The notes below the pieces were generated by a model, which worked only from the letters and a program-made list of their open reading frames with translations, had not been told where the DNA came from and did not search any database. A stretch of DNA of 64,000 nt. Source: Gammaproteobacteria bacterium. GTDB lineage: Bacteria; Pseudomonadota; Gammaproteobacteria; Steroidobacterales; JBFFHS01. The translations under genes were made by a program, and so were the position numbers. Below, one piece after another: positions 9,885 to 18,221 of the stretch. Each line of letters opens with the position of its first letter. The stretch's first letter is position 1. The stretch lies in contig JBFFHS010000003.1 in NCBI GenBank assembly GCA_041556855.1, positions 16,684-80,683 of the forward strand, written 5' to 3'.

Positions 9885-11116
9885 TGGTTCAGACCGGCAC
9901 CACGCAGCAGACGGGGCAAGCGGCCCGACAGTCCCATGGCCTGCCGGGCCAGTTGGGCTTTGGCTCCGGGCAGGACATCGACGGCCACCAGACCCAGGTT
10001 GCGCGCCAACCCGATCGCGCGGGCCGGGTGTGTGAACAGTTTCACCAATCCGTGGGTAAACCAGGTAGCCGTGCGCTGATCACGCTGTCGCCAGGCCACA
10101 TAGCGCGCCAGCAACGCCGGGTCACCCGGATCGAAATCCGGCGTTCCGGTACGATCGGCCAACAGTTCCGCCAGCGCGGCTACATCTCGCAGCGCCAAAT
10201 TGAAACCCTGCCCGGCAACGGGATGCAGACTGTTCGCTGCGTTGCCCATCAACACACAGCGGCGACCGGTCAAGGTTTGACTGCGAACTAACCTGAGCGG
10301 ATAGGAAAAACGCTGGCCGACGCGCAGGATGGCACCCAGGCGTTGGCCAAACTGTGCCTGGAGCGCCTCGCGGAAGGGGTTGTCGTCCAGGCCAGCGATC
10401 CCAGGTGCCGCGCCGTGGGACAGGGTCCACACCAGTCCGCAGCGCTCCCGGGATAGCGGCAGCAGGGCCAGCGGGCCCGACGGTGTGAAGCGTTCAAAGG
10501 CCCGCCCCCGGTGGGGCTCACTGGTCGTGATATTGGCGATCAGCGCAGTCTGGCCATAATCATGGACCGTGCGGCTGATGCCAAGCAGATCGCGCACCGT
10601 GGAAGCCGCACCATCGGCGCCGATCACCAACCGGGCGCGGACATGCGTGTGCCCCTCATTGCGCTGGATGGTGACAGCCGCATGGTCCATCTGCAGCGCC
10701 AACCGGGCAACGCGGGCTGACGCCAGCAGGCGCACGCCCGGGATTGCGGCCAACCGATCTTGCAGTGCCTGGCCCAGCACCCGGTTCTCCAGCGTATACC
10801 CCAGCGCAGCAACGCCCTCTTCTTCCGCCGCGATGCGGGAAAACCCGAACCGACCCCGCTCGGACACGTGGATGCTGGTTATCGGCTCCGCTTGCTTTGC
10901 GACAGCAGGCCACAGGGCCAGCCCCTGCAACACGCGCTGGCTGGCGTTAGCGAGCGCCGTGACCCGACTGTCGAAGCTGGTGGATTGCTCGCCTGCTCCG
11001 CTGTGCGCTTCTGCAATGATTACCTCAAGCCCAAGCTCACCAAGCGCTACGGCCAGAGTGGCGCCGACCATGCCGCCGCCAACGATCAAAACATCGCAGT
11101 GAAGCGTGTCAGTCAC
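9881..11116 (-). CDS. ubiH: 2-octaprenyl-6-methoxyphenol hydroxylase
   Basis: 411 aa. Motifs VLIVGGGMVG and LMGNAANSLHPVAGQGFNL. Overlaps pepP and ubiI by 4 nt each. Confidence 0.88.
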   Translation of the reverse strand: MTDTLHCDVLIVGGGMVGATLAVALGELGLEVIIAEAHSGAGEQSTSFDSRVTALANASQRVLQGLALWPAVAKQAEPITSIHVSERGRFGFSRIAAEEEGVAALGYTLENRVLGQALQDRLAAIPGVRLLASARVARLALQMDHAAVTIQRNEGHTHVRARLVIGADGAASTVRDLLGISRTVHDYGQTALIANITTSEPHRGRAFERFTPSGPLALLPLSRERCGLVWTLSHGAAPGIAGLDDNPFREALQAQFGQRLGAILRVGQRFSYPLRLVRSQTLTGRRCVLMGNAANSLHPVAGQGFNLALRDVAALAELLADRTGTPDFDPGDPALLARYVAWRQRDQRTATWFTHGLVKLFTHPARAIGLARNLGLVAVDVLPGAKAQLARQAMGLSGRLPRLLRGAGLNQ

Positions 11117-12417
11117 CGGCCGCCGGCCATGAAGGCCTCCACGTCATCCGGCCACTTGGGCAGGCCGGCGCTCAGAACCTCGTGACCACTGCGGGTCACC
11201 AGGACATCGTCCTCGATGCGTACGCCAATGCCCTTGAAGCGTCGTGGCACCCGCGCGCCAGGCGGTATGTAGATCCCAGGCTCCACCGTGGTTACCAGAC
11301 CCGCTTCCAGCAGGCGCCATTCACCGTCAATCTGGTAATCGCCCACGTCATGGACATCGATGCCCAGCCAGTGCCCGGTCCGATGCATGTAGTAGGGCTT
11401 GTACGCCTCCCCTTTGATCAGGCTGGGTAGCCTGCCCTTCAGGATCCCCAGATCGCGCAGGCCCCGGGTCACGACTTTTACGGCGGCCAAGTGAGGATCG
11501 TTCCAGTGATTGCCCGGCACGGTGGCATCGATAGCCGCCGCCTGAGCTTCGCAGACAATCTCCTGGACGGCGCGCTGAGCCTCGGTGAAGCGACCATTCA
11601 CGGGAAACGTTCGCGTCACGTCCGAAGCGTACAGGTCGAGCTCACAGCCGGCGTCGATAAGCACCAGGTCGCCATCGCTGAGCGGTTCGGAATTCGTCAC
11701 ATAGTGCAGCACACAGGCGTTCGCGCCGCCGGCAACAATCGGCAGGTAGGCAGGCACCGCGCCGGCCCGGCGAAACTCATGCACCAACTCCGCCTCCAGC
11801 TGGTATTCAAACATGCCAGGCTCACAGGCCAGCATCGCGCGCTTGTGGGCAGCGACCGCGACCCGGGCGGCTTTCTTCATGGCGCTGCGCTCCCGGCGAC
11901 TCTTGAACAGCCGCATCTCGTGGAGCAAATGATCCAGCGCGATGAGCTCCTCGGGTCCGTGGGTACCGCGCCGCTGACCGCGGAGACTGTTCATCCAGCC
12001 GATGACCCGCTGATCAAACTCGGAGTGAGTGCCCATGGAATAGTAAATCCGGTCACAACCCTCCATCAGACCTGGCAGGATCTCGTCGATATCGGTCATT
12101 GGAAAGGCGTCTTCGGCGCCGAACCGCTCGCGGGCGCCCTCGGGGCCAGCCATGGGGCCGTCCCACAGCTCCCGGGTCGGGTCTCGTTCGCGACAGAACA
12201 GCACAAACTCCGCGTGATCCCGGCCTGGAACCAACACGGCCACCGCGTCCGGCTCATCGAACCCGGTCAGGTAGTGGAAATCACTGTCTTGCCGAAAGCT
12301 GTAATGCGTGTCGCGGCTGCGAAGTTTTTCTGGCGCCGCCGGCAGGATCGCCATAGAGCCGGCGCTGATCATGCTCATCAGCTGGCGACGGCGGCGGACG
12401 TATTCCTGCTGGTTCAT
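11113..12417 (-). CDS. pepP: Xaa-Pro aminopeptidase (M24B)
   Basis: 434 aa. Metal-binding regions LIDAGCELDLYASDVTRTFP, HRTGHWLGIDVHD and GIGVRIEDDV. Confidence 0.93.
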   Translation of the reverse strand: MNQQEYVRRRRQLMSMISAGSMAILPAAPEKLRSRDTHYSFRQDSDFHYLTGFDEPDAVAVLVPGRDHAEFVLFCRERDPTRELWDGPMAGPEGARERFGAEDAFPMTDIDEILPGLMEGCDRIYYSMGTHSEFDQRVIGWMNSLRGQRRGTHGPEELIALDHLLHEMRLFKSRRERSAMKKAARVAVAAHKRAMLACEPGMFEYQLEAELVHEFRRAGAVPAYLPIVAGGANACVLHYVTNSEPLSDGDLVLIDAGCELDLYASDVTRTFPVNGRFTEAQRAVQEIVCEAQAAAIDATVPGNHWNDPHLAAVKVVTRGLRDLGILKGRLPSLIKGEAYKPYYMHRTGHWLGIDVHDVGDYQIDGEWRLLEAGLVTTVEPGIYIPPGARVPRRFKGIGVRIEDDVLVTRSGHEVLSAGLPKWPDDVEAFMAGGR

Positions 12418-12429
12418 CAGGCTTTACCT

Positions 12430-13014
12430 TCAGTGGAGAATACGCTCGCATGACCCGGAGCGGCCGCGCAAGTCATCCAACTCCTCAAATAACAGCTGCA
12501 CGCCAGCGCGCACGAACTCTACCAACTCTGCGTAGGCAAAGTCGGCCTGCACTGCATCATCGTCGGCCCCCACCCCAGCCCGGGCGATCTCCGCCAGGTC
12601 CCGCAGAAACTCGTCGAAATGCGCTGCGCCGCTGCTGTTGGCCGCGGTTACCGTCACCCCACTGAGGGTGACGCCGTACAGGAATCCCTGGCACCAGTGG
12701 GCCAGCGCATCCACCCGCTGCTCCAGGGGATCGCTGTCATTCGGCAGCAGGGGCATGAAATCCATGGCGGACCCGTTCAATGCCGCCCATGTCTCCAGCT
12801 CCAGCTCCTGCAGGGCGGTGCGTGCCGCCGGGACCTGGGCATTGCTTTCATCCACGTTATCCAGGCTGTCCTGGCGCCACACGGCTGTGGCAGCACTGCC
12901 GCCAACGCAGAGCACGGCACACAGGCTGCCGTGTACCTCTGAGGCCTCCCCCAGGGCGCCAGCGCGGCGCAGCGCATCTTGGAGAGCATGGTATGCCTGA
13001 GCTTGCCGAACCAA
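12430..13014 (-). CDS. ygfB: UPF0149 family protein YgfB
   Basis: 194 aa acidic protein at the conserved position upstream of pepP and divergent from zapA. Confidence 0.8.
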   Translation of the reverse strand: MVRQAQAYHALQDALRRAGALGEASEVHGSLCAVLCVGGSAATAVWRQDSLDNVDESNAQVPAARTALQELELETWAALNGSAMDFMPLLPNDSDPLEQRVDALAHWCQGFLYGVTLSGVTVTAANSSGAAHFDEFLRDLAEIARAGVGADDDAVQADFAYAELVEFVRAGVQLLFEELDDLRGRSGSCERILH

Positions 13015-13097
13015 AGAAAATCCCGCGGTAAAACAACGTGCCTGGGTGCCGATTGGCCGCTAATCCTAACACCCGTGCGAAGTTGCGACATGGCTTA

Positions 13098-13127
13098 TTG
13101 ACCCTCCCATAGCCGGGGTTCTATAGT
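13098..13127 (+). promoter_or_regulatory. Candidate sigma70 promoter (TTGACC-N18-TATAGT) for the coiled-coil/zapA/ssrS unit
   Basis: Near-consensus hexamers. The -10 ends 8 nt before ATG 13135, implying a leaderless or near-leaderless mRNA. Pattern match only. Confidence 0.3.
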
Positions 13128-13134
13128 GCCCAGG

Positions 13135-13368
13135 ATGGCTAAAGACGACGACACGCAGCGCTTCGACCTGGAACTGCAGCGCCTGGAGAAACGGCTCGAT
13201 GAGCTGGTCGTGGTCTGTAAACAGCTGCAGGAGGAGAACAAGTCTCTGCGGCAGCGCCAGGATTCTCTAATAGCTGAGCGGGCCACGCTGCTGCAGAAGA
13301 ATGAGCAGGTACGTGCCCGGGTTGAAGCGATGATCGGCCGCCTGAAGGCCATGGAGCAGAACCCGTGA
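13135..13368 (+). CDS. Small coiled-coil protein (TIGR02449-like) preceding zapA
   Basis: The track starts at GTG 13126; ATG 13135 (MAKDDDTQRFDLELQRLEKRLDEL...) is an alternative. Heptad-rich sequence of 77-80 aa. GTGA overlap with zapA at 13365-13368. I recall the same arrangement in Pseudomonas. Confidence 0.7.
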   Translation: MAKDDDTQRFDLELQRLEKRLDELVVVCKQLQEENKSLRQRQDSLIAERATLLQKNEQVRARVEAMIGRLKAMEQNP

Positions 13369-13679
13369 CCGAGATGTATGCCCATGTGACGATCAAGATC
13401 CTGGAGAAGGAATATCAGGTGTCCTGTCCGGCGGACGAGCGAGCCTCCCTGGTGGCTTCTGCCGAGCTTCTGAATCAGAGAATGCGGGAGATCCGGGACA
13501 GCGGTAAAGTCGTCGGTCTGGATCGGATTGCGGTCATGGCGGCCTTGAACCTGGCCAACGAGATGATTGGCACCCAGACTCAGGATGAGGAACTGCGCAA
13601 TGTGGTCGGATTGCGCCTCAAATCGATGCGTGAGCGGCTGGACTCGGCATTGGGGCCTGGTCACCAGCTGGAATTGTAG
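13365..13679 (+). CDS. zapA: Cell division protein ZapA
   Basis: 104 aa. VTIKILEKEYQVSCPADERASLVASAELLNQRMREIRDSGKVVGLDRIAVMAALNLANE matches the ZapA family pattern. Lies upstream of ssrS as in E. coli. Confidence 0.9.
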   Translation: MTEMYAHVTIKILEKEYQVSCPADERASLVASAELLNQRMREIRDSGKVVGLDRIAVMAALNLANEMIGTQTQDEELRNVVGLRLKSMRERLDSALGPGHQLEL

Positions 13680-13685
13680 GGATAC

Positions 13686-13879
13686 GGCGCTTCCTGCGGT
13701 GTTCGACGTGGATTGGACAGTCTTTCGACCCTAATTACCACACCTCGGGGTTTGTAGTACTGTCGGTGATGTTGTGCAAATCCGTGACCATCACGGAGAG
13801 CCTGCAGTCATCACGGCTTACCCCACCTATTGCTCTGGTTCGAGAGCAACCATCCGCGACGGCACAGGCGGGAAGCGCC
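13686..13879 (+). ncRNA. ssrS: 6S RNA
   Basis: Conserved zapA-ssrS-ygfA position. The 5' GGCGCUUCC (13686-13694) pairs perfectly with the 3' GGAAGCGCC (13871-13879). A further helix pairs GUGGAUUGG with CCAUCCGC. An internal 3'-side hairpin GUUGCUCU-GGUUCG-AGAGCAAC is analogous to the E. coli 6S hairpin. Length is about 194 nt. Confidence 0.85.
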
Positions 13880-13902
13880 ATCTGCCCACTCCGCAGCACC
13901 CC

Positions 13903-14511
13903 GTGAGCCCGGACAGTCATCAGGCACGGCGGGCGTTGCGACAGCGGTTTCGCGATCGTCGACGTGGGCTGTCCACGGCCCAGCGCAAGGCTGCTGGCGA
14001 CGCCGTCGCACAGCAACTGCTGACTCTGGGCGAATTCAAACGCGCCCGAACGATTGCCGTTTATCTGGCGTTCGACGGCGAGGTGCCGCTGGACGCCGTA
14101 ATCCGGCTCGCCCGCGGCTGCGGCAAGAGGCTTGTTGCGCCGCGCTTGAGCCGGGGCGGACGAATGGTGTTCCTGCCGCTTGCCGAAGCGCGACTGCGCC
14201 CCAACTCGTGGGGCATTGCCGAGCCCCACCGCGGCCATCCCGCAATCCTGCGTCGCATTGACCTGGTTCTGACGCCGCTGGTGGCCTTTGATCGCCAGGG
14301 CACCCGGCTGGGGATGGGTGGTGGCTACTATGACCGCTGCTTTCATTTTCTCAACGCCCGCGCTCAGTGGCTGCGCCCCAAGCTGATTGGTATTGGCTAC
14401 CATTTTCAGCGCGTCCCCCGGCTGGTCCGGCAGCCCTGGGACGTACCGTTGTGGGCCGCCGTGACCGACTGCGGCATCTGGCGCTTCTCCATATCAAGGA
14501 AAATCCAATGA
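13903..14511 (+). CDS. ygfA: 5-formyltetrahydrofolate cyclo-ligase
   Basis: The track ORF starts at 13774, inside the 6S RNA. An in-frame GTG at 13903 gives VSPDSHQARRALRQRFRDRRRGLS.., with later motifs IAVYLAFDGEV and GMGGGYYDR. Confidence 0.88.
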   Translation: MSPDSHQARRALRQRFRDRRRGLSTAQRKAAGDAVAQQLLTLGEFKRARTIAVYLAFDGEVPLDAVIRLARGCGKRLVAPRLSRGGRMVFLPLAEARLRPNSWGIAEPHRGHPAILRRIDLVLTPLVAFDRQGTRLGMGGGYYDRCFHFLNARAQWLRPKLIGIGYHFQRVPRLVRQPWDVPLWAAVTDCGIWRFSISRKIQ

Positions 14512-14972
14512 ATTACTGGTTAATGAAGTCGGAACCGGGCGAGTTCAGTATCGACGACCTGAAAGCGGCGAAGAACAAGACCGACCATTGGGACGGAGTA
14601 CGAAATTATCAGGCCCGCAACTTCATGCGCGACGGCATGAAAAAGGGCGATCAGGTGTTCTTCTATCACTCCAACTGCGAGGAGCCTGGCATCGTGGGAA
14701 TCATGAAGATTCACCGCGAGGCCTATCCGGATCACACCGCCTTCGATCCGAACGACAAACATTTCGACCCCAAGAGCGAGGCTGACAATCCACGTTGGTT
14801 CATGGTAGACGTCAAGTACACCCGCAAGCTACGCCGCACGATTTCGCTGGCGGAACTGAAGGACTATGGGCAGACGCAACTGGAGGACTTTCCATTGCTG
14901 CGCAGGGGTAACCGGCTATCCATCATGCCGGTGACCAAGGCACAGTGGGACTTCATCCTTGGTCTGGAATGA
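14508..14972 (+). CDS. EVE (PUA-like) domain protein
   Basis: ATG 14508 gives MNYWLMKSEPGEFSIDDLKAAKNKTDHWDGVRNYQARNFMRDGMKKGDQVFFYHSN, the typical EVE/thymocyte-nuclear-protein-like N-terminus. ATGA overlap with the ygfA stop. Confidence 0.85.
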   Translation: MNYWLMKSEPGEFSIDDLKAAKNKTDHWDGVRNYQARNFMRDGMKKGDQVFFYHSNCEEPGIVGIMKIHREAYPDHTAFDPNDKHFDPKSEADNPRWFMVDVKYTRKLRRTISLAELKDYGQTQLEDFPLLRRGNRLSIMPVTKAQWDFILGLE

Positions 14973-15064
14973 CATCACCCGTGGTCGGCGTTGCGTAGCC
15001 ATGTCCACCGGTTCGCAAAGCACGCGTTCTAAGCCTAATTTTCGCATGCGCAAAAATGATTAAC

Positions 15065-15094
15065 TTGCTGGAAATTTTGATCTTTATGTATATA
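15065..15094 (+). promoter_or_regulatory. Candidate strong sigma70 promoter in an AT-rich patch (TTGCTG-N18-TATATA)
   Basis: Unusually AT-rich stretch for this sequence. GGAG lies 8 nt before ATG 15130. An 8-bp palindrome CGCATGCG flanked by T/A runs sits at about 15040-15057. Confidence 0.4.
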
Positions 15095-15129
15095 CTCGAC
15101 GGCGTTTAACCCGACACGGAGTACTACCC

Positions 15130-15513
15130 ATGGCTAAACGACCTGCTTCTCGTAAGAAGACGTCGCGCAAAAAGGCCACCACGAAGCGCAAGACAACGCG
15201 TAAAAAGGTAGCCAAGCGCAAGACTGCAAAGAAGGCTACGAAGCGTAAGACCAAGAAGAAGGCTGCGAAGCGTAAGACTGCAAAGAAGGCTGCGAAGCGT
15301 AAGACTGCAAAGAAGGCTGCGAAGCGCAAGACCAAGAAGAAGGCTGCGAAGCGCAAGACCAAGAAGAAGGCTGCGAAGCGCAAGACCAAAAAGAAGGCTG
15401 CGAAGCGTAAGACTGCAAAGAAGGCTGCGAAGCGCAAGACCAAGAAGAAGGCTGCGAAGCGTAAGACTGCAAAGAAGGCTTCTAAGAAGAAGACTTCCCG
15501 CAAAAAGAAATAG
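15130..15513 (+). CDS. Histone H1-like / AlgP-like lysine-alanine repeat nucleoid protein
   Basis: 127 aa, almost entirely K, A, R and T. Ten 9-aa units of AAKRKT(A/K)KK. Good SD, upstream promoter-like patch and strong downstream terminator. Confidence 0.85.
   Translation: MAKRPASRKKTSRKKATTKRKTTRKKVAKRKTAKKATKRKTKKKAAKRKTAKKAAKRKTAKKAAKRKTKKKAAKRKTKKKAAKRKTKKKAAKRKTAKKAAKRKTKKKAAKRKTAKKASKKKTSRKKK
15208..15477 (+). repeat. 27-bp tandem repeat, 10 in-frame copies, inside the H1-like gene
   Basis: Two unit types alternate: gctgcgaagcgtaagactgcaaagaag (..TAKK) and gctgcgaagcgcaagaccaagaagaag (..TKKK). Synonymous differences (cgt/cgc, act/acc) are linked to the A/K change. Degenerate units flank both ends. 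Confidence 0.95.
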
Positions 15514-15565
15514 GCTAATCAGTGCCTTAGTCGGGGCGTTTTCCGTGCCCGACAAACTCAGTAAA

Positions 15566-15594
15566 GTGCCCGCTAGCGCGGGCACTTTTCTTTT
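15566..15594 (+). terminator. Rho-independent terminator
   Basis: GTGCCCGC-tagc-GCGGGCAC followed by TTTTCTTTT, 52 nt after the stop codon. Confidence 0.88.
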
Positions 15595-15608
15595 GGCTAA
15601 CCCTTAGC

Positions 15609-16265
15609 GTGGACCAGGAAACAAAAAAGCAGGCGGCAGCCGCAGCGGCTCTCGACTATCTAGAGGCCGGCATGGACTTGGGCGTGGGCACGGGCAGCAC
15701 GGTGAATTACTTCATCGACGGGCTGCGCGGTCAGCGAAAGCGGCTGGGTCGTGTCGTGTCGAGCTCGAACGCCTCAACAGAACGTCTGGCGAAGCTGGGC
15801 ATCCCGGTCGCCGATCTTAACGATGTAGCGGAGCTGGACCTTTATGTGGACGGCGCGGATGAGGCCGATCCGCGGCTATGCTTGATCAAGGGCGGCGGCG
15901 GCGCGCTGACCCGCGAAAAAATTGTCGCGGCGGCGGCGCGCAACTTCGTCTGCATCGTGGATGATTCCAAGTTGGTCAGCGTACTCGGCGCGTTTCCGCT
16001 GCCGGTGGAGGTTATTCCCATGGCCCGAGCCGTCGTGGCCCGTCAGCTGGTCGCACTGGGTGGCCGATGTGTGTTGCGCCGGGATTTCATCACCGACAAC
16101 GGCAACCAGATTCTCGACGTGCACGACCTGCATATCCGGGAGCCGGAACAGCTGGAACAGCACGTGAATCAGATCCCTGGTGTGGTCACCGTGGGCCTGT
16201 TTGCGGTGCGCCGCGCTGATGTGCTGGTAGTCGCCGGTGATGAGGGCGTGGAAATCAAGCGCTAG
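15609..16265 (+). CDS. rpiA: Ribose-5-phosphate isomerase A
   Basis: 218 aa with a GTG start. Motifs [23 protein letters not shown] and [12 protein letters not shown]. Confidence 0.93.
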   Translation: MDQETKKQAAAAAALDYLEAGMDLGVGTGSTVNYFIDGLRGQRKRLGRVVSSSNASTERLAKLGIPVADLNDVAELDLYVDGADEADPRLCLIKGGGGALTREKIVAAAARNFVCIVDDSKLVSVLGAFPLPVEVIPMARAVVARQLVALGGRCVLRRDFITDNGNQILDVHDLHIREPEQLEQHVNQIPGVVTVGLFAVRRADVLVVAGDEGVEIKR

Positions 16266-16282
16266 CGGCCGAGGCTCGGCCG
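16266..16282. terminator. GC-rich palindromic hairpin between convergent rpiA and tRNA-Gln
   Basis: CGGCCGAG-g-CTCGGCCG. There is no clean U-tract on either strand, so its function is uncertain. Confidence 0.3.
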
Positions 16283-16296
16283 GAGCGACAAAAGGG

Positions 16297-16370
16297 TGGC
16301 TGGGGGACCAGGATTCGAACCTGGGTTCTCGGAGTCAGAGTCCGATGTCCTACCGCTAGACGATCCCCCA
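16297..16370 (-). tRNA. tRNA-Gln (anticodon CUG)
   Basis: Minus strand UGGGGGAUCGUCUAGCGGUAGGACAUCGGACUCUGACUCCGAGAACCCAGGUUCGAAUCCUGGUCCCCCAGCCA. It has a 7-bp acceptor stem, anticodon stem UCGGA/UCCGA with loop CUCUGAC, a GGUUCGAAUCC T-arm and an encoded CCA. Confidence 0.93.
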
Positions 16371-16425
16371 CCGGGAGAAAAACCAGCAATGGATTATTGG
16401 GCCCATATGTGGAGGCTGGTCGGGG

Positions 16426-16821
16426 CTAACGCTTGGAGTACTGGGTGGCCCGGCGGGCTTTCCGAAGACCGACTTTCTTGCGCTCCACCTCGCGGGCATC
16501 CCGGGTAACGAACCCGGCCCGACGCAGCGTCGGCCGCAGGGTCTCGTCATAATGCATCAAGGCTCGGGTGATGCCATGGCGGATCGCGCCGGCCTGACCA
16601 GTGGTGCCGCCGCCTTTTACGCTCACCGTAACGTCAAATTTCTCTTCTAAATCAGCAACTTTCAGAGGCTGGCGCACGATCATCCGGGCCGTTTCGCGAC
16701 CGAAAAACTGATCCAGAGGCCGTTCGTTGACGACAATCTGGCCGCTGCCGGGGCGCAAATAGACCCGGGCCGTGGAGGTCTTGCGACGTCCGGTGCCGTA
16801 GTACTGGTCGGTGGTGGCCAT
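16426..16821 (-). CDS. rpsI: 30S ribosomal protein S9
   Basis: 131 aa. Sequence [16 protein letters not shown] ... ends in [11 protein letters not shown]. Confidence 0.97.
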   Translation of the reverse strand: MATTDQYYGTGRRKTSTARVYLRPGSGQIVVNERPLDQFFGRETARMIVRQPLKVADLEEKFDVTVSVKGGGTTGQAGAIRHGITRALMHYDETLRPTLRRAGFVTRDAREVERKKVGLRKARRATQYSKR

Positions 16822-16830
16822 ATTGGTTCC

Positions 16831-17259
16831 TTATAACTCCAGCGGCGAGGGCTGCTGTGCCTGGTGGGTGTGCTCAGGCCCGGCGAAGATCTTCAGCTTC
16901 TTCAGCATCTGCCGGCCAAGCGGGTTGCGAGGCAACATCCCCTTCACCGCCGTGTGCAAAACCCGCTCCGGGGTCCGCGCCAGCACGTCCTCCAAACGCT
17001 CGCTCTTGAGGTTGCCGATATAGCCCGTGTGCCGATAATAGTACTTATCTTTCAATTTGTTACCAGTAACCCGAATATTCTGGGCATTCACGACGACAAT
17101 ATAGTCGCCGGTGTCCACGTGGGGGGTGTACTGAGGCTTATGTTTGCCCCGCAGCCGGTGGGCAATCTCCGCCGCCAGGCGCCCGAGGGTCCGCCCGGAG
17201 GCGTCCACCACGAACCAGTCGCGCCGGACTTCCTGAGGCTTTGCGGAAAACGTCTTCAT
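16831..17259 (-). CDS. rplM: 50S ribosomal protein L13
   Basis: 142 aa. Starts [20 protein letters not shown]. Confidence 0.97.
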   Translation of the reverse strand: MKTFSAKPQEVRRDWFVVDASGRTLGRLAAEIAHRLRGKHKPQYTPHVDTGDYIVVVNAQNIRVTGNKLKDKYYYRHTGYIGNLKSERLEDVLARTPERVLHTAVKGMLPRNPLGRQMLKKLKIFAGPEHTHQAQQPSPLEL

Positions 17260-17376
17260 GGTTCTTTCACACCAGGGGAGGGGGCGGGTAAGGCCGCGAC
17301 CGAAGGGCGGGGATTCTACTGAACGCCCCAGACCTTTTCAACGCCGCCCAGCGCCGCCAGCCGGGGCGGCCGCACC

Positions 17377-18081
17377 CTAGAAGGCATACTCAAGGGAGAT
17401 GGCGGTGAACGTATCGCGCTTCTCGCTCCCCACAGGGACGAAGGTATTGCGCTTGATCGTATAGGAGCCTACCAGGGCGACATTGCCCACCAGGCGCGCC
17501 TTTACTTCAGAGACGCTCTCCATATAGGTATTTTCCGAGCCGGACTCCACGATCAGGGTCTGAACGAAGCTGCCCGTCTCGCTGAAATTCCAGGTGAAGT
17601 CGGTGGCGCCGCGCAGGGTGGCCTCGTTCTCGCTGGTCCCGTCGCGCAGCTCGCTCTGCCGGGCACCCGCACCGATCTCAGCATTCCAGACGTAGCGCTC
17701 GGTGTTCAGCAGGCGCCGACCGTAGCCCAACACCTCGGAAACCTGCTGGTCGTAACCTGAGAAGCGATCCTCCTTCCAATCCAGCAGCCCGAACAGATAG
17801 TTGAACTCACTCAGATCGTATTTGCTTTTCAGGCTCAGCGAATAAGCCTCTGCGGTGGTCTCCTCATCGGTACTCGCCCCCACCGCCTTGGCCTCAAGGG
17901 CGTGATGCCACTTGCCGACATCGTAACCCAGCTTGAAGTTGCCGTTAACGCTGGTGTTTTCGCTGTTGCCGGTGGTAGCAAGATAGCCCAGGGCCACACT
18001 GCCCGACCAAGTGCCTTGCGCAACTGCCGCGGTGCCGGCCAGCATCCCGGCACCAGTGAACACAATCAAGATCACCCGCAT
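17377..18081 (-). CDS. DUF481 family outer-membrane beta-barrel protein (YdiY-like)
   Basis: ATG 18081 gives MRVILIVFTGAGMLAGTAAVAQG (signal peptide). Alternating beta-strand pattern with a C-terminal aromatic residue (..SLEYAF). Confidence 0.8.
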   Translation of the reverse strand: MRVILIVFTGAGMLAGTAAVAQGTWSGSVALGYLATTGNSENTSVNGNFKLGYDVGKWHHALEAKAVGASTDEETTAEAYSLSLKSKYDLSEFNYLFGLLDWKEDRFSGYDQQVSEVLGYGRRLLNTERYVWNAEIGAGARQSELRDGTSENEATLRGATDFTWNFSETGSFVQTLIVESGSENTYMESVSEVKARLVGNVALVGSYTIKRNTFVPVGSEKRDTFTAISLEYAF

Positions 18082-18221
18082 CCGTAAATTCTCCCTGAGG
18101 TGTAGAAGTTGCCGGCAACCGGCGGCGCTTATCATACCGGCGGCGCGGGCCGCTCACACCCGCTCATGGCGTTTGTTGGAGTTAGCGGTCTACTCCAGCT
18201 GCCCGGGCTATACTTGGCGCC

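Noticed and set aside
15208-15477. Regular 27-bp repeats considered as a CRISPR array or non-coding minisatellite
   Set aside because: The units are directly adjacent with no spacers, they lack dyad symmetry, and they maintain one open reading frame through all copies. This is a coding tandem repeat.
15084-15585. Minus-strand ORFs (139 aa and 153 aa) with FAAFFLVLR or SLLLGLALR repeats across the 27-bp repeat
   Set aside because: They are mirror translations of the tandem repeat. The promoter-like patch, the SD (GGAG 8 nt before ATG 15130) and the terminator (15566-15594) all fit the + strand K/A-rich gene. No SD or terminator supports the minus orientation.
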